Assembly (NCBI GenBank): GCA_023515725.1
Contig: JALDTO010000098.1
Coordinates: 276,615 to 340,614, forward strand
From: Amoeboaphelidium protococcarum X5
Lineage: Eukaryota > Fungi > Aphelidiomycota
DNA: 64,000 nucleotides
Direction: 5' to 3'
The notes beneath the pieces were generated by a model. The model made no database searches, was not told the DNA's origin, and worked only from the letters and a program-made list of their open reading frames with translations. This document shows, in pieces, positions 26,126 to 36,444 of this stretch. The translations under genes were made by a program, and so were the position numbers. The first letter of the stretch is position 1, and each line of letters opens with the position of its first letter.

Positions 26126-27922
26126 TTAATTACTGGATCGATGACCCATTGGAACTGAGTTGTTTCCAATGAAATGGCGTCCTTTCCATGGGGTGGAATT
26201 AATTTGTTTTGTTAATGCATCCAGCTTCAGAATACTGAAATTATCTACGTTTTGCTGTTTTGAGCTCTTGTTTAAATTGACGCGTTTGAAGTCTCTTTGC
26301 ATTTCAATATTGACCGGTTCCCCTCGCATCATCAATTCAAAGTTTTTCATGTTTAACTGATCGTTGGGTATGCCTTTGCCTCGTAAGTGATACTTGATCT
26401 CCTCAACATCGCCTTGTTTTTGAACGTACTCAAGAAAGTATAACTTTGGGGCAATCCATCCACCATACAGGATTTTACTCACTCCAGGCAGGTCATCACT
26501 TATGCCTCCGATCTCATTATCCAGAGTTAATCCCTTCAAGTTCTTGACGTGAATTTGAATACTATCTGTATCTGTGTAGTAAGGCGCGTTTTCAAGCTGA
26601 TTTTTTGTGTCAGCGCTATTGAAATATAGATTAGTCTTTTGTAAGTAATCGAGCATTATCCTGCGACTGTACCCCAGAATGAAACTTCCCAGATAGCAAG
26701 GCTTTGAAATCTTTGTTGCAAGTTTGGATTCATCCTGATAGGTAAGGTAGAAGCTTCCATCGCTTAAATATCGCATTGATACTCCACCGTATTTGATGTG
26801 AAACTTGATGAATTCTTCGTGAAGGTAAATGATCACGTTCTCGTCAAGAATGGGCCGTTGGATGGTTTTACCATATAGTCCATTCATCATCAACTTGGCT
26901 AGTTTGTACTGGGCACTGCCCTTTGTAGCATTTTTCTTGAATTCATACAGGTAGTTGATGTAGTTATTGAACACGTTCTCAGTCTGCTCCCAGTAATATC
27001 CCTCCAATATATCTATTTGATACCCATTCGTGAGAGCGTTATCAATATCAACACTGTTATATGTTCCACATCCATCAACCAAATCCCATAATAATCGCCC
27101 ATCACTTCTCCTTGGCAAAATAGCATCAATCAAGTTTCTATTTGTTACATATTCCACGCGGTAGATGCCAAATTTTGAACACTTATTATTCTGTTGGATT
27201 GACTGGTTAAAGTATTTGCATGATGGAGTGCCAGGTCTCAGATGTACTGGAATACCTACTGGGAATTCGTTTTTCATGGCAGCTGGATACAAGGAATTCA
27301 CATCTGCATTAACTAAGTAGTCATCAATATCTTCAAACTTGATCTGCTTACGGATATAGGGCTCACGTTGGCTACTCACAAACTTGTGTTTGTATTTGTA
27401 TGTTCTCCCTCCATAAATTGACTCTCTAAAGAACTGCTCTTGCTCTGGGGTGGGTAGAAAAACTGGATTGTTGCTTTCCTTATACAAGAAATCAACCCAT
27501 GCAGCGTAAGTCAGCTTTGATGTTGATAGAAACTTGTAAAGATTAACACCGAAATTCTCGAAACAACTTTTGTTTAATCGCTGGGACAGTTCTTTCAATC
27601 CCATTACATCGCCTTCCAAGTATTTCAAACAATCTGTTCGGTCATCATTGCACATGTTATCCCACTCATCTCCCAATATGTAATCAAAATCACCTTTCTG
27701 AACTGCACACTCTAACTCCTCGAGGTTCTTTCTCAACGTTCCTGTAATGTGTTTCGATATATCAAAACACGAGATATTTCCAATACTGGCTTTGAGAATG
27801 GCTCCGTTGTTTAACAGCAGCGTATCCAGCTTGATATCCACATTATCGCTATGCATCTGATTGAGTTTCTTGACAAATTCGTAGTGATCAAATTTGCTGC
27901 CGTTGAATGCATTGATGATGAC
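26126..27922 (-). CDS. Protein-primed family B DNA polymerase, 5'-truncated (no ExoI)
   Basis: ExoII 'AFNGSKFDH' upstream of the called ATG, ExoIII 'YLEGDV', motif A 'DVNSLYP', B 'KLMMNGLYGK', C 'YTDTDS', 'APKLY', 'RGKG'. Confidence 0.88.
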   Translation of the reverse strand, partial: VIINAFNGSKFDHYEFVKKLNQMHSDNVDIKLDTLLLNNGAILKASIGNISCFDISKHITGTLRKNLEELECAVQKGDFDYILGDEWDNMCNDDRTDCLKYLEGDVMGLKELSQRLNKSCFENFGVNLYKFLSTSKLTYAAWVDFLYKESNNPVFLPTPEQEQFFRESIYGGRTYKYKHKFVSSQREPYIRKQIKFEDIDDYLVNADVNSLYPAAMKNEFPVGIPVHLRPGTPSCKYFNQSIQQNNKCSKFGIYRVEYVTNRNLIDAILPRRSDGRLLWDLVDGCGTYNSVDIDNALTNGYQIDILEGYYWEQTENVFNNYINYLYEFKKNATKGSAQYKLAKLMMNGLYGKTIQRPILDENVIIYLHEEFIKFHIKYGGVSMRYLSDGSFYLTYQDESKLATKISKPCYLGSFILGYSRRIMLDYLQKTNLYFNSADTKNQLENAPYYTDTDSIQIHVKNLKGLTLDNEIGGISDDLPGVSKILYGGWIAPKLYFLEYVQKQGDVEEIKYHLRGKGIPNDQLNMKNFELMMRGEPVNIEMQRDFKRVNLNKSSKQQNVDNFSILKLDALTKQINSTPWKGRHFIGNNSVPMGHRSSN

Positions 27923-28287
27923 CTGAGAATAGGTCGAATAACTGAGCAGGTGATTAATGAATTGTTCTTTTCCTTGCTCGCGAAATAAGCTAAATCCCGA
28001 ATTGGCATTCTTTCATTCATGCCGATTAGATATCCATCATTCGATAATTTGATTTTCAGTCGATATTCAAACTTCCTTTTAAAGTCTGTGTAGTCCATTT
28101 GATAGTAATCATTCAGCAGATCAACTAATGAATATGTGTCATCCTCAGATATTACCATGATATTATTCAGTTTTTTTCTGAGGCATTGCTTCTTACTATC
28201 AAAGTACAAACTAAACTCATCAAAGATATAATCTATAGTAGGAAGCCTCTTTGGCTCTTCGAAATTAAGTTTGTTTGTACGAACCAT
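27811..28287 (-). CDS. Element ORF, probably the pPolB N-terminal remnant joined out of frame
   Basis: 158 aa standard-code ORF preceded by the same AT-rich motif as the integrase; its last ~35 codons read the PolB ExoII region in another frame. Confidence 0.5.
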   Translation of the reverse strand: MVRTNKLNFEEPKRLPTIDYIFDEFSLYFDSKKQCLRKKLNNIMVISEDDTYSLVDLLNDYYQMDYTDFKRKFEYRLKIKLSNDGYLIGMNERMPIRDLAYFASKEKNNSLITCSVIRPILRSSSMHSTAANLITTNLSRNSIRCIAIMWISSWIRCC

Positions 28288-28344
28288 CGATGTATATAAT
28301 AGGAAATATATTTATTACCAAAATAATTAATTAATACCTCTTAC

Positions 28345-28790
28345 GTTTGACCTTTCGAGCTTTGAGCTTTGACCTTTGATCTATCTTTGACCTTTGCACC
28401 TTTTGACCTTTCACCTTTGATCTATCTTTGACCTTTGCACCTTTGCACCTTTTGACCTTTTGACCTTCAATTATTTAATTATTTTCTACAAAATTTTCAT
28501 TCCCAATATATAGCACGAGGTTGCATCACACATAGCTTGATCGGAAGTTTCAACTTTGACCTTTTTCACCTTTAGCAAATGATCTAATGACCTTTCGACC
28601 TTTCAACTTGTGATCTTTAACCTTTTGACGCTTCACCTTTGCATCTTTAAACTTCTACGCCTTTGTTTTGCACAATCTCGCATTCTATTGAGCTTTATGA
28701 GAATATTCAACTTTGACCTTTGCGCCTTTGACAAATGATCTAATCCCTAATCCTTTGACCTTCGACCTTTGACATATCACCTTTTGAGAT
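28345..28790 (+). repeat. Degenerate (T)TGACCTTT tandem array in two clusters
   Basis: Many units of tttgacct/tttgcacct/tttcacct at 28345-28470 and 28555-28790, all on one strand. Confidence 0.8.
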
Positions 28791-28796
28791 TTATTT

Positions 28797-29205
28797 GCGA
28801 TTTCTTCAAGATTTCTCGCTGATATCTGTAACGCGTTTCAAAGACATCCTATGTTGGGTTTCATCCAAATATTGTTGCATTATTTGAAATCAACATTGAA
28901 TGCTCGGCTGCGATCTCTTTATACGTGGTTTAAGTTCATTTTAAGACGATCTTGTTATTATCAAACTCAAGACGTAGTTTAAGTACTACTTGAGGGTCTA
29001 ACCATTCAAATTAATATTTTATTTGGGACCAAAATTAATTACACTTTTAGGCATCTATCAAGATCTCCAAGTAAAATAATCATTCGATTTACTACGGCGA
29101 CATTTATGGCGCAGTACAAATGATTATTATTTTACTTTTAGATATTCTCCGAAGTAAAAATTTAGCTTGTTTTACTTTTGGTCCCAAATAAAAGATATTA
29201 CTTCT
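28797..29205 (-). repeat. Right terminal inverted repeat
   Basis: Reverse complement of the left TIR. Confidence 0.9.
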
Positions 29206-29247
29206 TATATATCACTGTTCTAAAGTAATCAAAGAGCCAATTGCTCA

Positions 29248-32200
29248 TCATAGATTGACCAAATCATTCAATACGCGTTGAGCATGTACACGCGTAAATA
29301 TATTTTGATCCCAGGCCATATCAATTATTTGACAATATTTGTCGAGCCTTGGATCTTGGATGGTTGGTTGAATTTATACTCTGCCACCTGCACAAACATA
29401 CTCTTATATCTGTTCTTTAGTGAACCCCTTCCAAGCCGGCTGTCTGTTCAGCAGTTCCGCCAGAATGACAGCACCTGCAAAGACATCGCGCTTGGGTTTC
29501 AAATCATCAGATACAAGTTGCTTCATCCAAACTTCCGGTGCAGCGTATGTAGGAGTGGAACCAGCCAGTGCATTCCAATTCAGCCCGGTAACCGTCTATG
29601 ATGTGCCCAGCAGGGTACAAATACCAAAATCGGTCAGGCAGACGCGTACCTGTCCAGATGAAGTGTCCACTAGATAATTGGCAGCCTTGATATCGTTGTG
29701 GACGACACCTGCCGCGTGTAGCACTACCATAGCAGAAAATACGTCAATAGAGAGAGACCTAATCAGTTCAAAGCTCCAAACAATTTGCTAACTTAACACG
29801 CTCTTCATATTTACAAAATCATCCAATGATCCATTTTGGTAATAGAACATCAGCATAACCAAATTCTCAGCATCAAAACCTGCCAATTTTGCAATGTGAG
29901 CACAATCTTTGAATCTCCACATCAATGCAACCTCTTGTAAGAAAGCCTCTGCACTAACCTTATTAGTAGAATACTTTGCAACCATAGTCTAACCATCACA
30001 TTAACGGAAAGGATGATCAGACGGAACAGTAAGTATCTAGACAAGCCAAATACTACCTTGACCGCCTGCATTTAGCAGAGAATTAGGAATTTTACGAAAA
30101 TTCTGCCCCTCACTAAGCTTTAAGAATCCGGGCACCGAAATTTCAAATTAGGTAGAGACCATAGTAGTGCCACCCTACATTTATGTGCTTCGAATCTCCA
30201 TGACAGTGGAGGAAGCTGCAGAGGGAGCGACACTATTCTGAGTTAACGTGCTGGCTTTAGTGCTAATCTTCTTGGTACGACTAAACTTTTGACGCGCATA
30301 TAAAGCAACAGCTAATACTGCGACTACAAAGATGCCAGAAACAATAGCTGCAACTGCAGATATCATTGACGACTAATTTTGTTGAGCCTAAGGCCCAGAT
30401 TGATCTCGAGCACCCTCATTTGAATTCGTGGATACAGATTAGCCTCCAATAGAACCACCAATACCAAACGTTATTAGCCCATTAATTTAAGAGCTAACTG
30501 CAAAAGATGAGCTCGATGACAATTTAACTGGCGTCTTTATAGAATAACTCAGAATACCAGCTAAAGATGATACTGTATATGTAACGGCAGTCGATGTAGA
30601 TAGGGAGTGAGAAGTATATGAGAATTATGTAGCAGAATCATTGGTAACGGAGCCATTAGTAACAGCAGTAAATTACAAGGACGTAGAGAACGAGGTGGCA
30701 GTCGGTGTAGAAGTAGTGGTAGTAGTCGTTGTTGTGGTTGTGGTCGTGGGCGTCGGAGTACTAGTTGTGGTTATTGTACTCGTCGTGGTGCTAGTGGTAG
30801 TGGTTGTCGTAGTAGTTGTTGTAGTAGTCGTCGTAGTCGTAGTAGTGGTCGTGGTTGTTGTAGTAGCAGTGGTGTACAGCACGGTAGGTACAGGTAGGAA
30901 ATCCAACAATCTCGCAACACCTCTCTGGATAGGAATGGCAACTTGGCCACCTCTTGTATCATTAAACAAAACGCCCTGTCCATCAGTGATAAAGCCAGCA
31001 AGCATTTTGTTCTACGGAAGCCACTAAAAATAGCCAAATCTTGTATTTTGTGTTGCATTGTACAATAAACTGCGACCCCAAATCTTGCCCAGATTATGAT
31101 AAGCAAACACAATACCATACTGAAACGGGAACTAACGATTGTATTGCGTAGAAATTACACCAGTAGTGTTAATACTCAAAACAGCAGCATCAGAATATAA
31201 AGCATAAAACAAATTATCCTCATTGTCCATGAGCATGTTGCCTGTAGTGGATCCAGCACCACTTACGCTGGACCACCATGTAACAGATGTCCCGCCATTC
31301 AGCTTGAAAAAATAAGCCCCAGATACACCGGTTGCACCCATTTATAACACGGGAGTATTAACAACATTAAAAACAGTGAACGGACCACTGGAGGATACCT
31401 GTTAAATCGGAGCACCAGCATTATCAAAAGTTAGCTAAATAGGCGCCTAATCGCCTGGGCCACTAAATCTCCAAAAATATAAGAAAGCTCCAGTGGGATC
31501 AAATACTATCAAGTTGACATCGATGCCAGAATCATAAAGAGTATAAACTTCAAAGCCTTTGGTATCCGTGAGAGCCGTACCTGACTATGCATACTGCTGA
31601 TAATAAAGCACACCTGTGGGTCCTATAGTTAAACGCGAAAATACAGCGAAGCTACCATCATCCACATTATAGATGTGATTGAGGTTATTGTCCATCATGA
31701 AGATGTGCCCGCCACCATTACTGGTTGCGACAATGGTACCATTATTGTCGTACATATTCACTGGATTGGTTGGCCATCCGCCGTAAGAGTTCCACATCTG
31801 TACCGCAAACCATCCGTTTGGCCCAAGCACAGACCAATTTGGAACATTATATGAACCAGGGGCATACAGTTGAGCTGTGCGGAGCAAAGTACCGTTGGGA
31901 TGAAACTTGGCAACGACGCCTTAAGTGCCACTCGGGATGTTGATAGACTTCACAGGCTAATGATTAGTGCTATAATACTTAAAGTCTTGCGATGTTGTCC
32001 AAGTAGAAAAGAACAGATTATCCTGCGCGTCAACAAAAGGACCTTAACCCCAATCATCACCGCTACCAGCAATGTGGAAGTACCATAATAGATTACCTTA
32101 GGTGTTAAATTTCATGTAGATACTGTCTGAACCACCTCCAGCGTAGAAAGTTGTTGTTGTCACAGACCCATTCGCAGAATAGATCTACTCACCAACTTTA

Positions 32201-32340
32201 TATACATATGCACGTGCGTAAAAGTTACCTGCGGAGTCAATAGTGGAGAGTTCATAATCACTCGAGCTTCGAATAGTAAATTCATTAGAAGCAACAGCCA
32301 AGTTGATTAGCAATGCAGTCAAAGCCAGGCGAATATTCAT
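29248..32340 (-). CDS. Receptor-like protein kinase 2 (paralog)
   Basis: 1031-codon table-6 frame from MNIRLALTALL to ...DLVNL-TGA; same architecture; kinase C-lobe nearly identical to RLK1. Confidence 0.85.
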
Positions 32341-32517
32341 TGATGGCAAATTATTCGTAAATAATGACGATAAAGCACGAAGTCTGTACTGTATGCTGAT
32401 GTAATAGTAACACAAGTTGTCTGATTGGTGCATTAATAGCAGGATTGATTGGCCATTCTTAGGCCGAAAAAGCAACACATGAAGCTAACACGGTAAATAG
32501 ATTATTTTACTTCAAAT

Positions 32518-35500
32518 TCATTTCAAACCATAAAGAGAATTCAGAACTTACATTGCGTGCGGCCTTAACGTGACATCCTACTCCCAAGCAGTGTAAATGA
32601 TCGCAAGTAACGCGTCATTCTTCGGGTCTTCAAAGCATGGAGTCAAAGCAGGACGTTCGCCGGCCAAGACAGCTTGACTTATTAGATCTCTGCTTTGTCC
32701 TGCCCATGCCACTTTTCTGTTGACCATCTCAGCCATTATGACAGCACCAGCATAGACGTCACGTTTCATTCTCTGTTAATCAAGCAATACTTGCTTAAGC
32801 CATACTTCAGGTGCCGCGTACATCGCAGTAAAGCCATTAAGCGCATTCCATGTCATACCAGTAACTGCTTTGGATGAACCCAAGAGGGAGCATATACCGA
32901 AATCGGTAAGACAAACGCGAATTTAACCAGATGACACATCGACGAGATAATTGCCAGCCTTAATATCATTGTGCACGACACCTGCTTGATGAGTAACCTG
33001 AATAGCGGCAAAGACGTCCACAGACAATGAATACACCAAGTCGAAATTATAAGTTACTAGACGGCTAATTTCGCTCTTACTTTCGATGAACATTTCAAGT
33101 GAACCTTGCTAGTAATGAGCCATTAAAAGGATCATATTCAGTGGGTCAAATCCGACTATTTTTGCTATGTGTGCGCTATCCTTAAATCGCCACATAAGAG
33201 CCACCTCTTACAAGAAAGCTTCAGACTAGCCCACGCCATTACTATACTTGGCAACAAATTTCTCGCCGGGCTGTGGTCTTAAAGGATATTAATAAGGTAG
33301 ATCCAGTATTTAAGCCAGCCATATAGAACCTTGGCCACCAGCGGTGAGTTGAGAATTAGGAATCTAACGAAAGTTGAGCCCTTCTGTCAGTCTCATGAAC
33401 CCAGGAACTGAGATCTCATAGGATGTCGGAACCAGTGTCGTTCCGCCTTGCATATTCGTAGCCCCTTGATGTATAGTGGTAGTTAATGCAAAAGATGCAA
33501 GGCTACTTTAAGTATACGTACTTGCCCTGGTGACTTGTGAGGTGATCTTAACACGGCGACGATGTAATTTGTGACGAGCATATAAAGCAGCTAGTACAAC
33601 TACCAGAACAAAGACAGCAGCTATTATTGCCACGATAGTCGATAACATCGAAGATGAGCCTTATAGAGCTGATGAATTAGACTAATTTTGAGTAGAATCA
33701 TCCACACCAGTTGTCGATTGAACCTTACTGTACGCAAAGTCTCCCAATCCAAAAGTGACAACGCCAACAGATAAGGAAGTCTTAATAGTTGTAAATGAGG
33801 ACGACTACAGCAATGGTTATGTCGTCTGTTCGACTAGCGACGTATTTGTCTTTGTGCTTGTACCAAAAGCTACCGTTGATGATGCATTCGCAATACTAGT
33901 AAATAGACCTGCGGCGACATTCCAGGTACTTGAAGATGCAGCGGATGCGAAAGGCGCAGTATTATTATTAGCAGTAATTGAAGTCGTGGTAGTAGGAGTA
34001 ATAGTGGAAGTTGTTGTCGTCGTCAATGTTGTCGTAGTCGTTGTGGAGGTGGTAGTAGATGTTGTAGTTGTTGTTGTTGTTGTGCTTGTAGTCGTCGTTG
34101 TACTTGTAGTAGTAGTTGTTGTTGTCGTGGTGGTTGTGGTAGTTGTCGTCGTCGTACTAGTCGTAGTACTGGTGGTGGTAGTCGTCGTGGTCGTTGTAGT
34201 GGTAGGTACCATAGGAAGCAGATTACCAATTTTTGCAATGCCTTGAGCGAAGGCGTAATTCTACGTAGTACCAGAATCTTCAATAATGTTCACAGAACTT
34301 CCACTTGTTTGGAAAGCTACTAGAAAGTCGCGATTTGCCAATACAAAACTTCCAAAGAGAGTAATACTTTACGCAGAAGTGTAGATTACAGTTCGGTTGA
34401 GGAAAGAACCAGCTTCATTAAAAACCATAATGATTGCGTACTGACCGGTAAATGGATGCACATACTAATTAGTGACAACACCATTGTTGTTAAAGCTAAT
34501 CGTAGCGGCTGCGGACACACCGCTAAAGACCATATTGTCATTTGTATCCAAAGCGAGAGATAATCTTACAGCGGCAGAGCCGGTTATAGACGACCATTTC
34601 AATATAGATCTGCCACCATTAAGCTTGAAGACATAAGATCCGGATACTCCAGCTGCTCCAAGCGTCATAACTGCAATGTTAGAAGCATTGTAAGCAACAA
34701 AAGGACCATTGACGAACACCGAAGCATAAACAGCACCAGACTTGTCAAAAGAAACTCCACCAGGTATTTCATCACCTGTACCAGCAAATCGCCAATAGTA
34801 CTAGAATGCACCGCTGGAGTTGAATACCAACATAGGGCAGTCCACTCCGCTAACTAAAGGTGCAGAAATCAAGCGACCTGTGGAATCAGTCAAGCTCACA
34901 GCAGTTTACTGATTCATTTGCAAAAATTAATCCCCATTAGCGTTAATTGTCATTGTGACATCCACGGCGAAAGTGTTATCGTTGTGGAAGTACACAAGAT
35001 TTAGATTATTGTCAAGCATGAACCTATGACCAGTGCCGCTACTGGACGGGCCAGCAACATTATCATTATTATAATAGACGACTGGATTGTTTTACCAACC
35101 ACCGAAGCTGTTCCATATATGAACCAATACCTGTCCATTAGGACCCACGACTGAACTCTGAGGCACATTCCACGAGCCAGCCGCGTCCAAACGCGCAGTC
35201 CTTAACAGAGTGCCATTACTAGAAAATTTGGCAACAACTGCCTATGAGCCACCACTTAAAGGAATAGTTTTGGCCACTTGGTTAGTTGTTGTGTAAATTT
35301 TGAAATCACTAGACTACTCCCATATTACTGCAATAATGTTATCAGAGGGATCAATGTTAAGAGAATACATATAATCGTCATTAACACCTGTCATCATGAG
35401 ATGCCACTACAACGCGCCAAACATATTATACTTTGCAATGAACGATTCAGCACTTCTCTGATAAACCTGAGTTTACACGAATGAGCCATTAGCAGAGTAT

Positions 35501-35658
35501 ATACGCTCATTCGCGACTCTGACATGTGAATACGTGTAGAAGAAGCCTTTCGAGTCTTGTTTAGTTGCCCATGTACCCGTGGCAGCCCTGACTGTAAAGT
35601 CGACGCCAGCAGTGATTAAGTTGGCAAGCTGCAGGGAAGCTACCACGATAGCCCACAT
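32518..35658 (-). CDS. Receptor-like protein kinase 3 (paralog)
   Basis: 1047-codon table-6 frame from MWAIVVASLQL to ...LYGLK-TGA; 'HNDIKAGNYL', 'TDFG', 'RDVYA'; poly-Thr at ~33980-34203. Confidence 0.85.
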
Positions 35659-36444
35659 TCTTAGAAATAGTTACATATCGAATCAAACTATTTAAAAATT
35701 ATAATCTTATAATTATCAACTTAACCAATTATATGATGTAAAAAGGAGCACCGTAACGAAATTTTGGGACTATATGCAGCGAAGTGGCTTGGGATTGGCC
35801 AGAATAAGCATCTCTGATTGGAGCCTTAATTATAACTAATGGGTATGGCCTCTTTCATTAACTATTAATCTTTGGCCAAATTCACTGCATAACGCTGTAT
35901 TAGACTTTATATATAATGGCTATTGTTTCAGTAATACGCTATTTTTGCTTTAAAAAATACGATGAAGAATATAGTAACAAAGAAGTGATGGGAGCATGAC
36001 ACTTTAACAGAATCGCGCCAAAGATGATTAGAAAGTAGAATTTTATTGCAATATAGATATATTTCGCAGCTATTATTGATTTGTTCAGTTAGAACCTCTA
36101 TGGCTGCATCTGCGTAAACTCCATACACAATCGATAGTTTGATACAGTACCACAAAGCAACCGCGCGAAATTGAATTCAAAAACTGAGAAAAGGTCCAGT
36201 AAATTCTATATAAGTTATACTAGCAGCAATTAGAACAAGGGAGTCAGTGTACAGTAGAGTTAAATACTTTGTTGTTTCATGTCTTGATCATAGCGGCGGA
36301 AATCATTCCAATCAACGGGCGACGGTCAACTGTCTACTCATTCATTCATTCTCGCTATTTCGCCCCATCGCAACAGACTGAAAGTGAGAGCCGGTGAAAC
36401 CATCAGGATTCCTCTCTCCCTCTCTCGTTGCTCCCAGTACAACA

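Larger units (their letters stand above)
20974..29205. mobile_element. Polinton/Maverick-like element (8232 bp), apparently capsid-less, standard genetic code
   Basis: Begins AGAAGTAATATC and ends GATATTACTTCT; TATATA on both sides (20968-20973, 29206-29211); long TIRs; encodes protein-primed PolB and RVE integrase. Confidence 0.9.

Noticed and set aside
26086-26169. Integrase start at 26169 as in the ORF track
   Set aside because: The extension overlaps the PolB end and the AT-rich promoter-like motif; ATG 26085 fits better
28345-28790. CRISPR-like array or nuclear-receptor response elements
   Set aside because: Units are 7-8 nt with no unique spacers; the TGACCT match has no supporting context
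20974-29205. Element as contaminant misassembly
   Set aside because: Matched termini, TATATA on both sides and a reconstructable empty site homologous to the RLK1 3' UTR; note TATATA is palindromic, so the TSD/TIR boundary is slightly ambiguous
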